Of a DNA stretch of 64,000 nt, positions 1 through 10,812 are shown one piece after another. Below the pieces are notes generated by a model. That model had not been told where the DNA came from. It saw only the letters and a program-made list of their open reading frames with translations, and ran no database searches. The position numbers were made by a program, and so were the translations under genes. Source of the DNA: Tetramitus jugosus (taxonomy: Eukaryota > Protista > Heterolobosea); the NCBI GenBank assembly GCA_937625935.1, contig OW569348.1, positions 1-64,000 on the forward strand, in the 5' to 3' direction. The number at the start of each line of letters is the position of its first letter. Position 1 is the stretch's first letter.

Positions 1-735
1 CCAAACCCAAACCCAAAACCCAAACCCAAACCCAAACCCAAAAACCCAAACCCCATACCCCACACCCAAACCCAAACCCAAACCCAAACCCAAACCCAAA
101 CCCAAACCCAAACCCAAACCCAAACCCAAACCCAAACCCAAACCCAAACCCAAACCCAAACCCAAACCCAAACCCAAACCCAAACCCAAACCCAAACCCA
201 AACCCAAACCCAAACCCAAACCCAAACCCAAACCCAAACCCAAACCCAAACCCAAACCCAAACCCAAACCCAAACCCAAACCCAAACCCAAACCCAAACC
301 CAAACCCAAACCCAAACCCAAACCCAAACCCAAACCCAAACCCAAACCCAAACCCAAACCCAAACCCAAACCCAAACCCAAACCCAAACCCAAACCCAAA
401 CCCAAACCCAAACCCAAACCCAAACCCAAACCCAAACCCAAACCCAAACCCAAACCCAAACCCAAACCCAAACCCAAACCCAAACCCAAACCCAAACCCA
501 AACCCAAACCCAAACCCAAACCCAAACCCAAACCCAAACCCAAACCCAAACCCAAACCCAAACCCAAACCCAAACCCAAACCCAAACCCAAACCCAAACC
601 CAAACCCAAACCCAAACCCAAACCCAAACCCAAACCCAAACCCAAACCCAAACCCAAACCCAAACCCAAACCCAAACCCAAACCCAAACCCAAACCCAAA
701 CCCAAACCCAAACCCAAACCCAAACCCAAACCCAA
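1..735 (-). repeat. Telomeric repeat tract (CCCAAA)n, i.e. (TTTGGG)n on the strand running toward the chromosome end
   Basis: Near-perfect hexamer tandem array at the window start. A few variant units lie in the first ~66 nt. There is a sharp junction to unique sequence at 735/736. Confidence 0.97.
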
Positions 736-1235
736 GTCAAAATCTATTTTCTCATCAAAATCACAAAATCATCTGAAAATCAATTTTTATGCAGGAATAC
801 AATGTCCACCATTGTAATCTTGTTCTCACTTCCTTGATACTTCTTCCTAACACGTGTTACAACTTCATCTCACTCAATCTTTCGCTCCATGCATCTCTGC
901 ACTCGATGTCAAAACTCTCATTGTAATCCTAACAACACTCCTTCATCCATGTTGAACCTTCATCAAAGGAGTTTAAGTTCCTTCATCATTCTTTGTTACA
1001 AAATATTTCCTGCCGTGTCCTTAGTCTTTTCCTTTCCCACGTTTCGGTTACTGGACAATGTCATTCCCAGTCGAGAATGCATTCATCAGGCTATTGTATT
1101 CACCGACTAAGCATTACAAACAATTTATGAAGGACTTCAATCTTGCAGTTCAACCGTCTCTGTCACAATGTATCTTCCTTCAGATGTTCGAACCTTTCTG
1201 ATCTCAGTTCCAAGTTCCTCTGTAGAAATCTTTTT

Positions 1236-1533
1236 ATGCGGAACTATCTGGTTCCTCTTAGACATGTGTGCATTTAGGTGGAACCAGCTGGTTCCACTGA
1301 AAAAGTCATATTACAGGCGGAACCAGAGAGTTCCACTGACAAAGTCAAGTTTTAGGCGGAACCAGCTGGTTCCTCTGTAAAGTCGAAAATTTAGGCGGAA
1401 CCAGATAGTTCCTCTGAAAAAAAGCTCTTTTAGGCGGAACCAGCTGGTTCCGCTTGTGAGTCCAACTTTTAGGCCGAACCAGATAGTTCCTCTGTAAAAA
1501 AGCTTTTCTAGGCCGAAATGGCTGGTTCCGCCT
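1236..1533. repeat. Subtelomeric tandem array, 39-bp period, 8 units, with palindromic core GGAACCAGCTGGTTCC
   Basis: Units begin at 1236, 1276, 1315, 1354, 1393, 1432, 1471 and 1510. The core is AGGCGGAACCAG(CTG/ATA)GTTCC, separated by ~16-nt variable A/T-rich linkers. Confidence 0.92.
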
Positions 1534-1754
1534 ATTTTTTCGCGACTCATCAGTCAATAGCTCATAGAGATTTGGGTTTTCCGAGTTCAAAACCCAACTC
1601 CATATCACAGTTTGGGGGATAGTTCAGAATCTATAGTGAGTTTTTCCATACAAAGCTTAAGTTGAACATTTCAAACCACGGAGAATACAAAAACAACCTT
1701 TACAACGTACAGTTGACTGTATTCAGCCAGTCTTGGCTAGCCGATATGTGACAA

Positions 1755-1781
1755 CCCAAACCCAAACCCAAACCCAAACCC
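1755..1781 (-). repeat. Interstitial telomeric tract (CCCAAA)4CCC
   Basis: Same unit and orientation as the terminal telomere, about 1 kb internal to it. Confidence 0.93.
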
Positions 1782-3053
1782 ACATGGCGCTTGATTGCTT
1801 GTCGGATACTGTCTTTAATAATTCCATATCTTAAGATACTACTCATTAGAGCTTGGCATATGTGACCACTTCTGAGTGATCTCATCGTGTACCGACAATT
1901 CAAAGATCACGATCGGAGCTATTCTTCATCAAGTTGGACATATCCTTGGATGACATTGGTGATTCGCTCATTGATTGAGAGAACAGATACTGTTCCTGTG
2001 CGCCTTCCACATACTCAAATTTTCCATCATCAATTAAGTCACGCAAAGTCGTTGCTTTGAAGATCTTTCTGATGTGAAATAGGTACCAAAGCAGAGTATA
2101 GACAGGACATTGATTCAAATCACTACTTCCATACACTGTGTTCATCAATTCAGCACCTCCATTTCCTTTGTTTTTAAACCAATATTTTGGACAACTAAAA
2201 CAGTGTCTTCATTGAACTTAATGGACTTGAATGTCGCATGATTGAGCTTTATATATGAAATAGTGTCCCCTCTCCAGCCAAGATGTCGACCAAACATAAT
2301 CAAGACCCGAAGTTTAACCTGTGGTTCTCGATTGTCCTGCAGGATTTTTTGCCATTTAGACAAATCAGCATTGAGAAGAGGACATACTTTGAATTTGGCG
2401 TTACCATACTTGCGAATCAATGCTCGAAACAGTTTCTTAAGAAATGGACCGACATCTTGTTTCAAGTCAATTCCACGCTCTTCTTTTAACAGAACACACA
2501 ATTGATTCCAGAAACAACTCACTACCGTGTTGTGACTGTATTGATATACTACTCGCAGTTGGAAGAGGTATAAACCCAGAGCATACTTATCTGGTTTGTA
2601 AGGATCAACTTTCTCCAGTTCAGGATGTTTGGTTTGTTGTTCTTTCAACCAGCCAATCCAACTTCTCCAAGAATAGTTTTGAACCATCCTTGTACCTGGA
2701 GCTTGAGCTAGTTGAATCAACTCCATCATTTGAACAAGTTGGTCCGCTATTGAAGTATCAGGATCTAGATTGACTTGTACATCTCTGCACAAATCATCAC
2801 TCCAGGACGAAACCTTTTCCATTCTGGCAATAGGTTCAACATCTTGAACATTGTCTGTAATTTTGGTTTGTTGCCACGGTTTTCTGTTGCCAAAATACAT
2901 AGACAACTCTCGATCGACATCATCAATGGTTGATCCATCAATGGAATCATCCTCTTCTGTGTCCAATGCAATTAATCCATTTTTCACGAAAGGGTGAGCA
3001 GGGGAATTCTCTAGTTCAACAAGTAATTGATTAAGGGTTTCTCGTACGGGCAT
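1782..3053 (-). pseudogene. Tyrosine recombinase (Crypton/DIRS-like) remnant, frameshifted and 3'-truncated
   Basis: Three consecutive overlapping ORFs carry YR motifs in order. 2145-3053 has 'FGRHLGWRGDTISYIKL' (catalytic Arg box) and 'KTKE'. 1900-2148 has 'QCPVYTLLWYL'. 1700-1903 has 'YTMRSLRSG' (HxxR-like box) and 'KRHVG', then runs into the telomeric tract. Confidence 0.72.
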
Positions 3054-3939
3054 ACTCTTTGTTTTTCTCTGAATTTTTTGGGAAGCGTGTTATTATTTCT
3101 AACGGTTATTGTTTTTAATAACGGTAGCATCAACCGTCGACCGGAGCTTCCTGTTCACTATGAGTGCCTCGAACCCTCCATCCCTTCCCAACACCCTTAC
3201 CTTCTTAGCTATCGCATCAATTATATCAATGCTTTTTCTATGAGCAAGTCAGTCGACCGGTAGCGTATTCATTTGGTGGACATGGTATGATGGATAACGA
3301 CTTCTCTGAAGAAGAGTCATCAGATAGGAACAGTAGGCAGTCTGATGTTCAGAATACACCACAGTTTGATCATATGCTGATTCAGAACAAGCTATTAGAC
3401 AAGTTACTTCAACATGCAATGGTTTCAGAAACTCAGCATGGAGTACCACGTACATCAGTTGATGAAACATTATATTTAAAAAACACAAATGTATTGTCGC
3501 GATAGAAAAAGAAAAAGTTGTGGTTGCAAAAAATTTTAATGTAATATTTTTTATTGTGTTTATTATTGAACAAAACAGCGTTCTGATCCACAATTGTGGA
3601 CATTGATAACCCATCTGCTCTGATCAAGCAGTAAAATGGGAATAGGGTTGTCGCCTTAGGGTTAATGCTCCTCGCTGCTTGGATAACTTGTACTTCATGG
3701 TGAATATGATGCGGAACCAAGCAGAGCCTGGGTTTTATCATTTTTTGACTTTTGAAAGAGGTGAGGTACTCGAAGGACTTACCGGCTCAGTTCTTGAAGG
3801 TCTGGGGGGTCTTTTTCGGTTCTTTCGTGATATCAATGGTGTGACATTCATATCAACACTTGCATCGTGTTGTACTATTGCACCGATATCTTGATCTCTA
3901 GTAACGAGCCGATCATCTTCGATATCTTCGTTCAAAGCA

Positions 3940-5647
3940 TCACTTTTCTTTGCTAGCCTTTGTGACAGACTCAATGAATCTCTGAAGTCCCGAGATTTTC
4001 TCCTTGCAACGATGTATCCCCAATTCAACAGTGTCTGGTGCCCTACCATCATTGACATATCGCTTGTTTCTTCTTGCAACTGCTCTTTTCTTACGAGCAT
4101 CCACTGTGTTACTCCTGAAGGAGAGGTCGACGTTTGATAGAGCGCTTTTGAACTCCAGAAAGGCTCTTTCATCAATATCAAATAGTGTTGCCCTGTTTAC
4201 AACAACATTCTTGTTGTGTACCAGCTGCATAATGTTATGGAGTGATTCCACATTGTTTGTTGTATGCGGTATATCGCTCCAATGTTCCACTAAGCTGTAC
4301 GCCTTGGTGAGCAAACGTAAGTTACAATCTCTTGTCCACCAGACGACCCATGACCTTGCTCCTGGATATGTAATGCCTATAGCCTTGAAGATAGTAACGA
4401 TTGACTCACAATCCTTGTCAAATGGAATGGTCTTACAGAAATTCACAAATCCCTCCTCCTTATCAGCAGAACAAACCAATTTTGCCAATCTTTTGCAAGA
4501 CCGTAACCAATGTACGTGACAACCTTTGATCAACGATTCCGCCAAGTTGTTGTCATCGAAAATCTCAGCCAAAGCCAACTTGAGACCCTGGTACTGTGCT
4601 GTGGAGAAATCCACCAAAATTTCAGCAACTTCATCAAACAATACATTTATCGATCCCATCTTCCATCAAGGTGTTCAAAAATTGAACAAATGCCATCCTA
4701 TAACTATCCGCAGTTAAACTGTTAATCTGTACTCTGCACAGCATTACAGTTTTGTTCATTATCGGAACAAATCCACATATACCAAAATGATGCAGAGTAT
4801 TATCATGCTTCACATCAATCACTAGACAATTTACAAGGGGAACCAGAGAACTCTGAAAGAACGATTGTGTTTGGATCCAAGTATTTACGTCCGTTACCAA
4901 GAAGTTTCTTAAGTATGGGAAGAGCCAATTCGACACTGTCATATTTTGGAAGTCTTGGTTCTCATTGTTCTTGTTGACAATGTTTTCTACGTGGCTCATT
5001 TAATCTGTCATTATTGGCCAGATAGGGACATAGCAGCAGACTTGTTGGGAAGTAACTCGCCGAGGGAGAGTTGTAAGTCAGTGATAGTAGGTTTCTGAGT
5101 CACTGCTCTTTCGATCAATAATCTCACACCCTTTGATACTCTATGTTGTGGAGGTTCTTTATGAGTGTGCTCCCCATAGATCAATAGGTATTCGTCATTT
5201 TCATCACCAGTATGGCATATAAAGTCATAGAGTTGAATTGCAACTAAATTTATTCAGGTCAGTTTGAATATCACAAACACATCTAGATTTATTGACCGGT
5301 CTATTTAATGATGTTAGTTGGAATTTGACGAAAAAGAAAAATGTTGCTACATTCCTTACAATACTACAACCCTCAGTTGGACACTCTTTGGTCCCAATGC
5401 ATCTTGCCTGTCTCTTTGTCCAAACTTTTCCCAACCAAACAAATTTGGGATCAGTATACTTGCCTAAGCTAAACTGAATTGCATCATACAATGGACTTGA
5501 TTGTAGCTGAATCTCTTCTGGCAATCTGACTCTCTTGTAGACCTTAAAACTGATATAGATGTTGTGAATGCTTTCGACAATTACATGACTGTTGATGTTG
5601 TTGAGTAGAGGTCTAATGTTGTTGTACTTTCCCCTCGTTCGTTTCAT
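3940..5647 (-). mobile_element. Mutator/MULE-type DDE transposase pseudogene
   Basis: ORF 3940-4659 has 'ILVDFSTAQYQGL', 'GCHVHWLRS' (CxxH) and 'PHTTNNVESLHN' (TNNxxESxH), all typical of MULE. Upstream frameshifted pieces 4634-4999 and 5225-5647 include a Cys-rich putative DNA-binding region. Confidence 0.8.
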
Positions 5648-5900
5648 GTATTTTTGTTTTTCTTTTTTTTGGGTTGACTTTGCTGCGCAAAAAATTTATG
5701 TCCAAGGAATGACAGGAAAATTCTATGTTCAAGTTTTTACAGGAACCAGTTTGTTCTTTTATGTCAAACACCACGCACCCTACCAACTGTATTTATTCCA
5801 AGAAAACCTCACCCTAATGGATTGATGATTTTTAAGTTAGTGACAAGGATGAAAAGCGCTGACCTGCCCTTGATGTTGGATTTTCAACCTCACTTGAACC

Positions 5901-6570
5901 TTGAGAGTGAAATCACCGATGGCTGTAAAAAGGTTCATTGAGCATTGGTCTTATCAGACCAAGCCACACATCACTGTTGATGCTGGAGTTGCAACCGTAG
6001 AATTGTTGGAGTATTGCACCAACAAGGATGTTTTGATCACAATGGGATTCAATTCTCACTATTCAGGAGAAGTGTGGAGATTGTTGAAGCAACAGATCTC
6101 GGGCAACTCATGGACTGCCGCAATGAATCGGAAAGGATTCATGGCCTCTGTTAGGATATTCACGACAAGTCCTTTGGAAAAGCAACAAGTCTGTACCTAC
6201 CATCACCTCATGACAAATGCTTATAGGTTGCCACGGTTCAATTCAACAATTGTGAGAGCAGATACCATGTTGAAGTACTCAGAGGATGAATTGTGGAGAA
6301 AAACGGTAAAGGAGTTGAAGGATGTTCTGGAGAGACATGGACTGAAAAATCGGGTAAGAACAAGAGCGAATTATATCAAAGATCATGTTTACATGTAATA
6401 AGATACCGCAGGGAGTCGATGGTTTGAATCAACTGAAAAAGAGCATGTTCACTTCGCATCTCATCACGAATACTACAAGAAGAACTTCAATGGAGTAGAT
6501 CTCATAGATAAGAGATTTTACGAGCAACATTATCCCTATGCAATTAACAACTGGAGGACACAAAGATGCT
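5901..6570 (+). mobile_element. piggyBac-like transposase fragment with a SAP-like motif
   Basis: The ORF has 'HITVDAG' (putative second Asp) and a SAP-like 'KTVKELKDVLERHGL'. A downstream frame (~6462-6567) reads 'HEYYKKNFNGVDLIDKRFY', matching the piggyBac YNxxMxGVDxxD motif. Confidence 0.6.
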
Positions 6571-7083
6571 ACTATCGATCATGACAGACGTTGTCATCAG
6601 TAGTTTCTCGGCAGGTGGTGGGATTCGGTGCTCTTCAGAAAGGTTCTCAGTGAGTACTTATGTACGGCCCAAGAGAAAGTTTTTCTGTAAGATCCGAGGG
6701 ATATTATACATCATAAAACGAGAGATTTTTTGAATACAATGGTTGTAGTTGGTATAAAACTCGAGGTGTCCATAATTCCTAGGCGGGGTATTGGTAGTAA
6801 CTTCGATGATGATACCAGAGAGAAAATAGTTAATTGTATTCCCAGTATCAGTATATTGTTGAATGATAAGAAGAGAGATGAGGATATTGCAAAGTTTTTT
6901 GATTGTAAACCTGTAGAGGCCACATATCCCTTACGACTTCATGCCAATTTTTTGACTCAGAAACGTGCTGACAATTGGCCGAAGGACATAGGTGTCCGCA
7001 ACCAAATTCATAGTGACAGGAATTCGCGCCAATATATATTTACAGCTTGATCAATCAAAAGAGTAGCGATTAACAATTACTAA

Positions 7084-8163
7084 TCAAAATACAATCATAT
7101 ATTCATAAACACACATTTTCTCAAAGGTAATTTGTTGATTACTGTGTCTTACATCCAATAATTTATGATGAAAGCGATAGGCACATTCAGGATGCAACCA
7201 GAGTTTGCATGTTCGACAAAAATAGCGTGTATTCGATCTCACAGGTTCTCCAAACTTTATCTGCTTCCCACCTCTTGGTCGATGGATACTCCAACCTTGC
7301 ATGCACGAAACACAACGCCCCTTTATCTTATCCTTGGTGCATTTTGCAATCATATGCATCGTAGGAAGGTTTCTTAATCCCAATGATAAAGACTGGAATC
7401 CAAGATGAGTGGCCCACTGATCCAAAACCTTTTCAATAAACTCCCTCTGTGTTATCCTCGATTTTCCCTTTGCTAACTTAAATAGAAGATACGAATTGAC
7501 CATTGCCATCTTTAGAAAAGCTAAAAATACTGCTCTCTTCCACGACACATTTTTGTGAGGGCATATCTTGTAACTACTGCAGAATCGATCAAACCTGTCC
7601 ACTCCCTGCATACCAAAGTTGTAATGATGGACCATTGAGGGAATGGTCCTCTTACTACTTTCCACAGTCTCTTGACCACACACATTTGAGACGAAGTTAC
7701 AAATTCGTTTGTCAAAAAATGACAATGCAATGATTGACTTCGTGGGATCAACCAACCATTTGAATTCTTTCTTCTTGAGCCCTTTGTGGAGTCGGTTCTT
7801 GAAGATGTCCGATGGCAAGATGAAAAAGTATCTACCCTCTTTGTGCATCTCTTTTGCAAGACCAGTGCTGCCATAGTAGTTGTCTGTAACAAAAACATGC
7901 TTCTCTGCCACGTCGAACTGGTTAACAAAGTGTTTCACAACCTTCTGAGGGGTTAACTTATTTTCCATGGACTTTTTCTTCTTGTCTTTGTTGATGTTCA
8001 CCAGCAGTCGTAAAATTTCAGTGTTGGGATTTTTGTACACGGAACTCAACCAACGAGTAGTATCGCTGACTGTAGTTCCTTGCTTGATAAAAAGAGAACC
8101 ATCCTGAACAGAGATATGGTCGATGCAATTAATGCACTCAATCACACCCGACATGTCCGGCAA
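7084..8163 (-). mobile_element. piggyBac transposase, C-terminal half with Cys-rich domain; 5' part missing or chimeric
   Basis: Motifs 'VFVTDNYYGS', 'YNFGMQGVDRFD' and 'WKRAVFLAFLKMAMVNSYLLF', plus the C-terminal 'RCVSC...TRYFCRTCKLWLHPEC...FHH'. Confidence 0.9.
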
Positions 8164-8374
8164 GCAATGATCCTCACAGAATGCCTTGCAACAGAGTCAG
8201 TTGAGAATCGAACTCAGGTCTCTGTGTGATGAGAGTGAGCCTCTGCAGCGTCCAGTCCATGCCGTCTCTCGATTTTATAACGTGTTGTATGGAAAAAAAA
8301 GTTTTTCCGATATTCTAGGAGAAAAAAATTGATCAGACGGTCAGGTCAAGTCCGAAAAATAGGTCGAAAGGGAT

Positions 8375-9496
8375 ATGGTGAACTACAATATACTATCTGC
8401 CCTGCAAGGGTTGCTCACCAGATTATTTAAGAAGAAGAAGAATGTAGAATGGGTAGAGTCATCTGCGCAGCGCAGATCAGATATTGGGAAATATAATGAT
8501 ATTTGTGACGGATCAGTAGTGAGAGATTCAGAATTCTTTCAGAAGTATGATGATGCACTTCAGTTTTTATTGTATCAGGATGAGTGTTATTTGAAAGATC
8601 GAACAGAACATATGATGATGTATTGCACGATTGGCAGTTTTCCAAGTTCACCAGATGTCAACTGCACAACATTCTACCGATGTCTGCAATTCCAACCAAG
8701 TTAATGAAGAGTGCTGGGGATGGAATTTTATTACCTATATTGTCACAATTTGCTCCATTCGCTTCTGATGGAGTGGACATTAAGATATACAACAACACTT
8801 ATCATGAAAGTTTAGGGGACAAGTTGTCGTTGTATTACTTGGTCACAAAGCAGCTCACGAGCTTGGTGGATTCTCTACCTCTTTCTCGAATATGAAGCGA
8901 TTCTGCAGACACTGTTTTCTGTATCGTAAAGATATTGGCAGCACTGATCAGAACAAATTCACTCCTCGAACACCAGATGTACATGATAAGATTGTTGAAG
9001 CTCTGGAGAGTGCAGTGGATGTGGATGGACTCAAATCCATGTACGGAGTCCAGAAGTATGCTGTGTTGAATCACAACAAGTGATGGGTATGCAATGGTCG
9101 ATGGTGTATATCAATTCAACAATGATAAAGAGTCGACTGTGTGTCGTGTCAAGCTACTGCAGTGCCTGGAGCCCACACCCATAATTCATTACCCTCAAAT
9201 CTCTAAATCACACGTACTCTCCACTATTTACATGCCGGTCTCCAATGTGAGAGGTAAACTCTACACCATGACTGTTGGTAATCAAGGCACGCAAATGATT
9301 GTCCATGCATCATCAATGTTGATACTCAATGAATGAAGTGACCACGTTTTTACCGCGTTTCTGTTCCTACAATTTACAACGAACATTCAAACCTGGTAAA
9401 ATTAAACCGGTAACCGTGCAATTACCACGTTCAACTGTCAAACGTGGTAAAGTCCACTGGTATACCGCATTGCATCTACCACGTTCGCTGGTAGTG
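8375..9496 (+). mobile_element. CACTA/EnSpm-type element remnant: fragmented transposase plus right terminus
   Basis: Fragments include 'NDICDGSV...FF...ALQFLLYQDE', 'MYCTIGSFP' and 'RFCRHCFL...PRT...H...YGV'. Subterminal TACCACGTT-like repeats occur in both orientations at 9341-9486, and the element ends in TAGTG (reverse complement of CACTA) at 9492-9496. Confidence 0.7.
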
Positions 9497-9848
9497 TTGT
9501 GGAGAAATACTGATGAAAGAATGTGACTGCATCTACCCGTCTGAATATTTTTTGAAAGATACGTATCTCCTTTGTATGTTTTGTGATCCTCCCCAGGGGT
9601 GAGCATTAATTCATATGTAAGGAAGTTCCCCTGTATCATCTATCTCTGTTCTGTCGTCAAGTCAAGAACTAGTAGAAGAACGGAGGGTTGTAATTATCGT
9701 GTAACGATAATTCCAATCCTATTGGTGGTACTTTCAAGAACTTGGAGTTATTCACTGCGTAGGGAAGTTCTTTGGGAAGGTCGCAAGATCATGTGAATGA
9801 CCAATAAACCTTCACTCAGTCAGAATTTATTATTGTTGACCTTAGAGT

Positions 9849-10583
9849 TCACATCGTTCTCGACTTATCGACCATGATCTGAGCAACAGCATCAAATGGA
9901 TATTTGGACAAGTATTCTGAGAAAATAGCGAATGCTTGCTCATAATCTCTTCTATCAACACACTTGAAGCCCCTTGTATACTCAAACCAAATATCGTTTT
10001 CTGTTGTAATATCCTGCGACCATTCGTGGCTCCATTCATCTGTGCTTCTAGTTTCTCCCAGTTCATAGATGCGCAATTCATCTGTCATTTTGTCAATAGG
10101 ACGCAAGAAGAAAGAATCTTTTGCTGCTTGATAAATATTGTGAGACACCAGAATTCTTGTACCCCAAGACTCATTTAAAAGACATGCAGTGTTGGATTCG
10201 TTGGCTGCTCTTCCTATCACAATAAATATTTTGGTTGAATCAGATCCTATGTTTCCGTAGAATGATGCACCTGAACTCAATCCGATTTGAATGTTCAAAA
10301 GAGGAAAACCTCTCATTCTCCAAGCCTCCTGTAAACCTAAAACTGATTTCTGACAACCAAGAGCCGTCCGTATGGCTCTAATTCGATGATCTGACTGCGA
10401 GATCAACGTATTCCAGGGGATAACTGCATGAGAGTGTGTGTGAAAGACCAATTGAGCATTTGATTCTCTAATTTTGTCCTTAATTGCAGTTAATAGATCT
10501 TTCATGGCATCATTGACATCGTCAATCGAATATGACTCCAAGATTTGTGACATGTCGTCGAACTTTATTGTCATCACAGACAC
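9849..10583 (-). pseudogene. Class III adenylate/guanylate cyclase-like fragment, degenerate and probably a pseudogene
   Basis: Motifs 'IQIGLSSG...GNIGSD...FIVIGRAAN...LNESWGTRILVS...FFLRPID'. The ORF opens on GTG, the upstream frame is shifted and broken, and the metal-binding Asp motifs are not evident. Confidence 0.7.
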
Positions 10584-10812
10584 TGACTAAACCTGAAGTT
10601 AGTGCATTTGTCACCAAACCCTTGGAACGATAGTTTGCATGGACTGTAGAAATGAGCGTATCAGAACATGATCCTAACATGGTATTCTGCTCCACTTCCC
10701 CTTTCTTAACCGAGGACTCTTTGGATGAACTCTTCTTGATGGTAAGAGAATTGCTTATTCAGATATTCCTCAGAATCAGAATTTTCTCATTAAGTAAAGC
10801 TCAATCACATGG

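Noticed and set aside
1236-1533. CRISPR array (palindromic repeats with fixed-length spacers)
   Set aside because: The host is eukaryotic, the linkers are only ~16 nt and resemble each other (A-rich then T-rich), the repeats alternate in a higher-order pattern, and no cas genes are present.
1311-1608. Repeat-containing proteins in the ORF track
   Set aside because: They are translations of the 39-bp DNA repeat, whose period is divisible by 3, in several frames on both strands.
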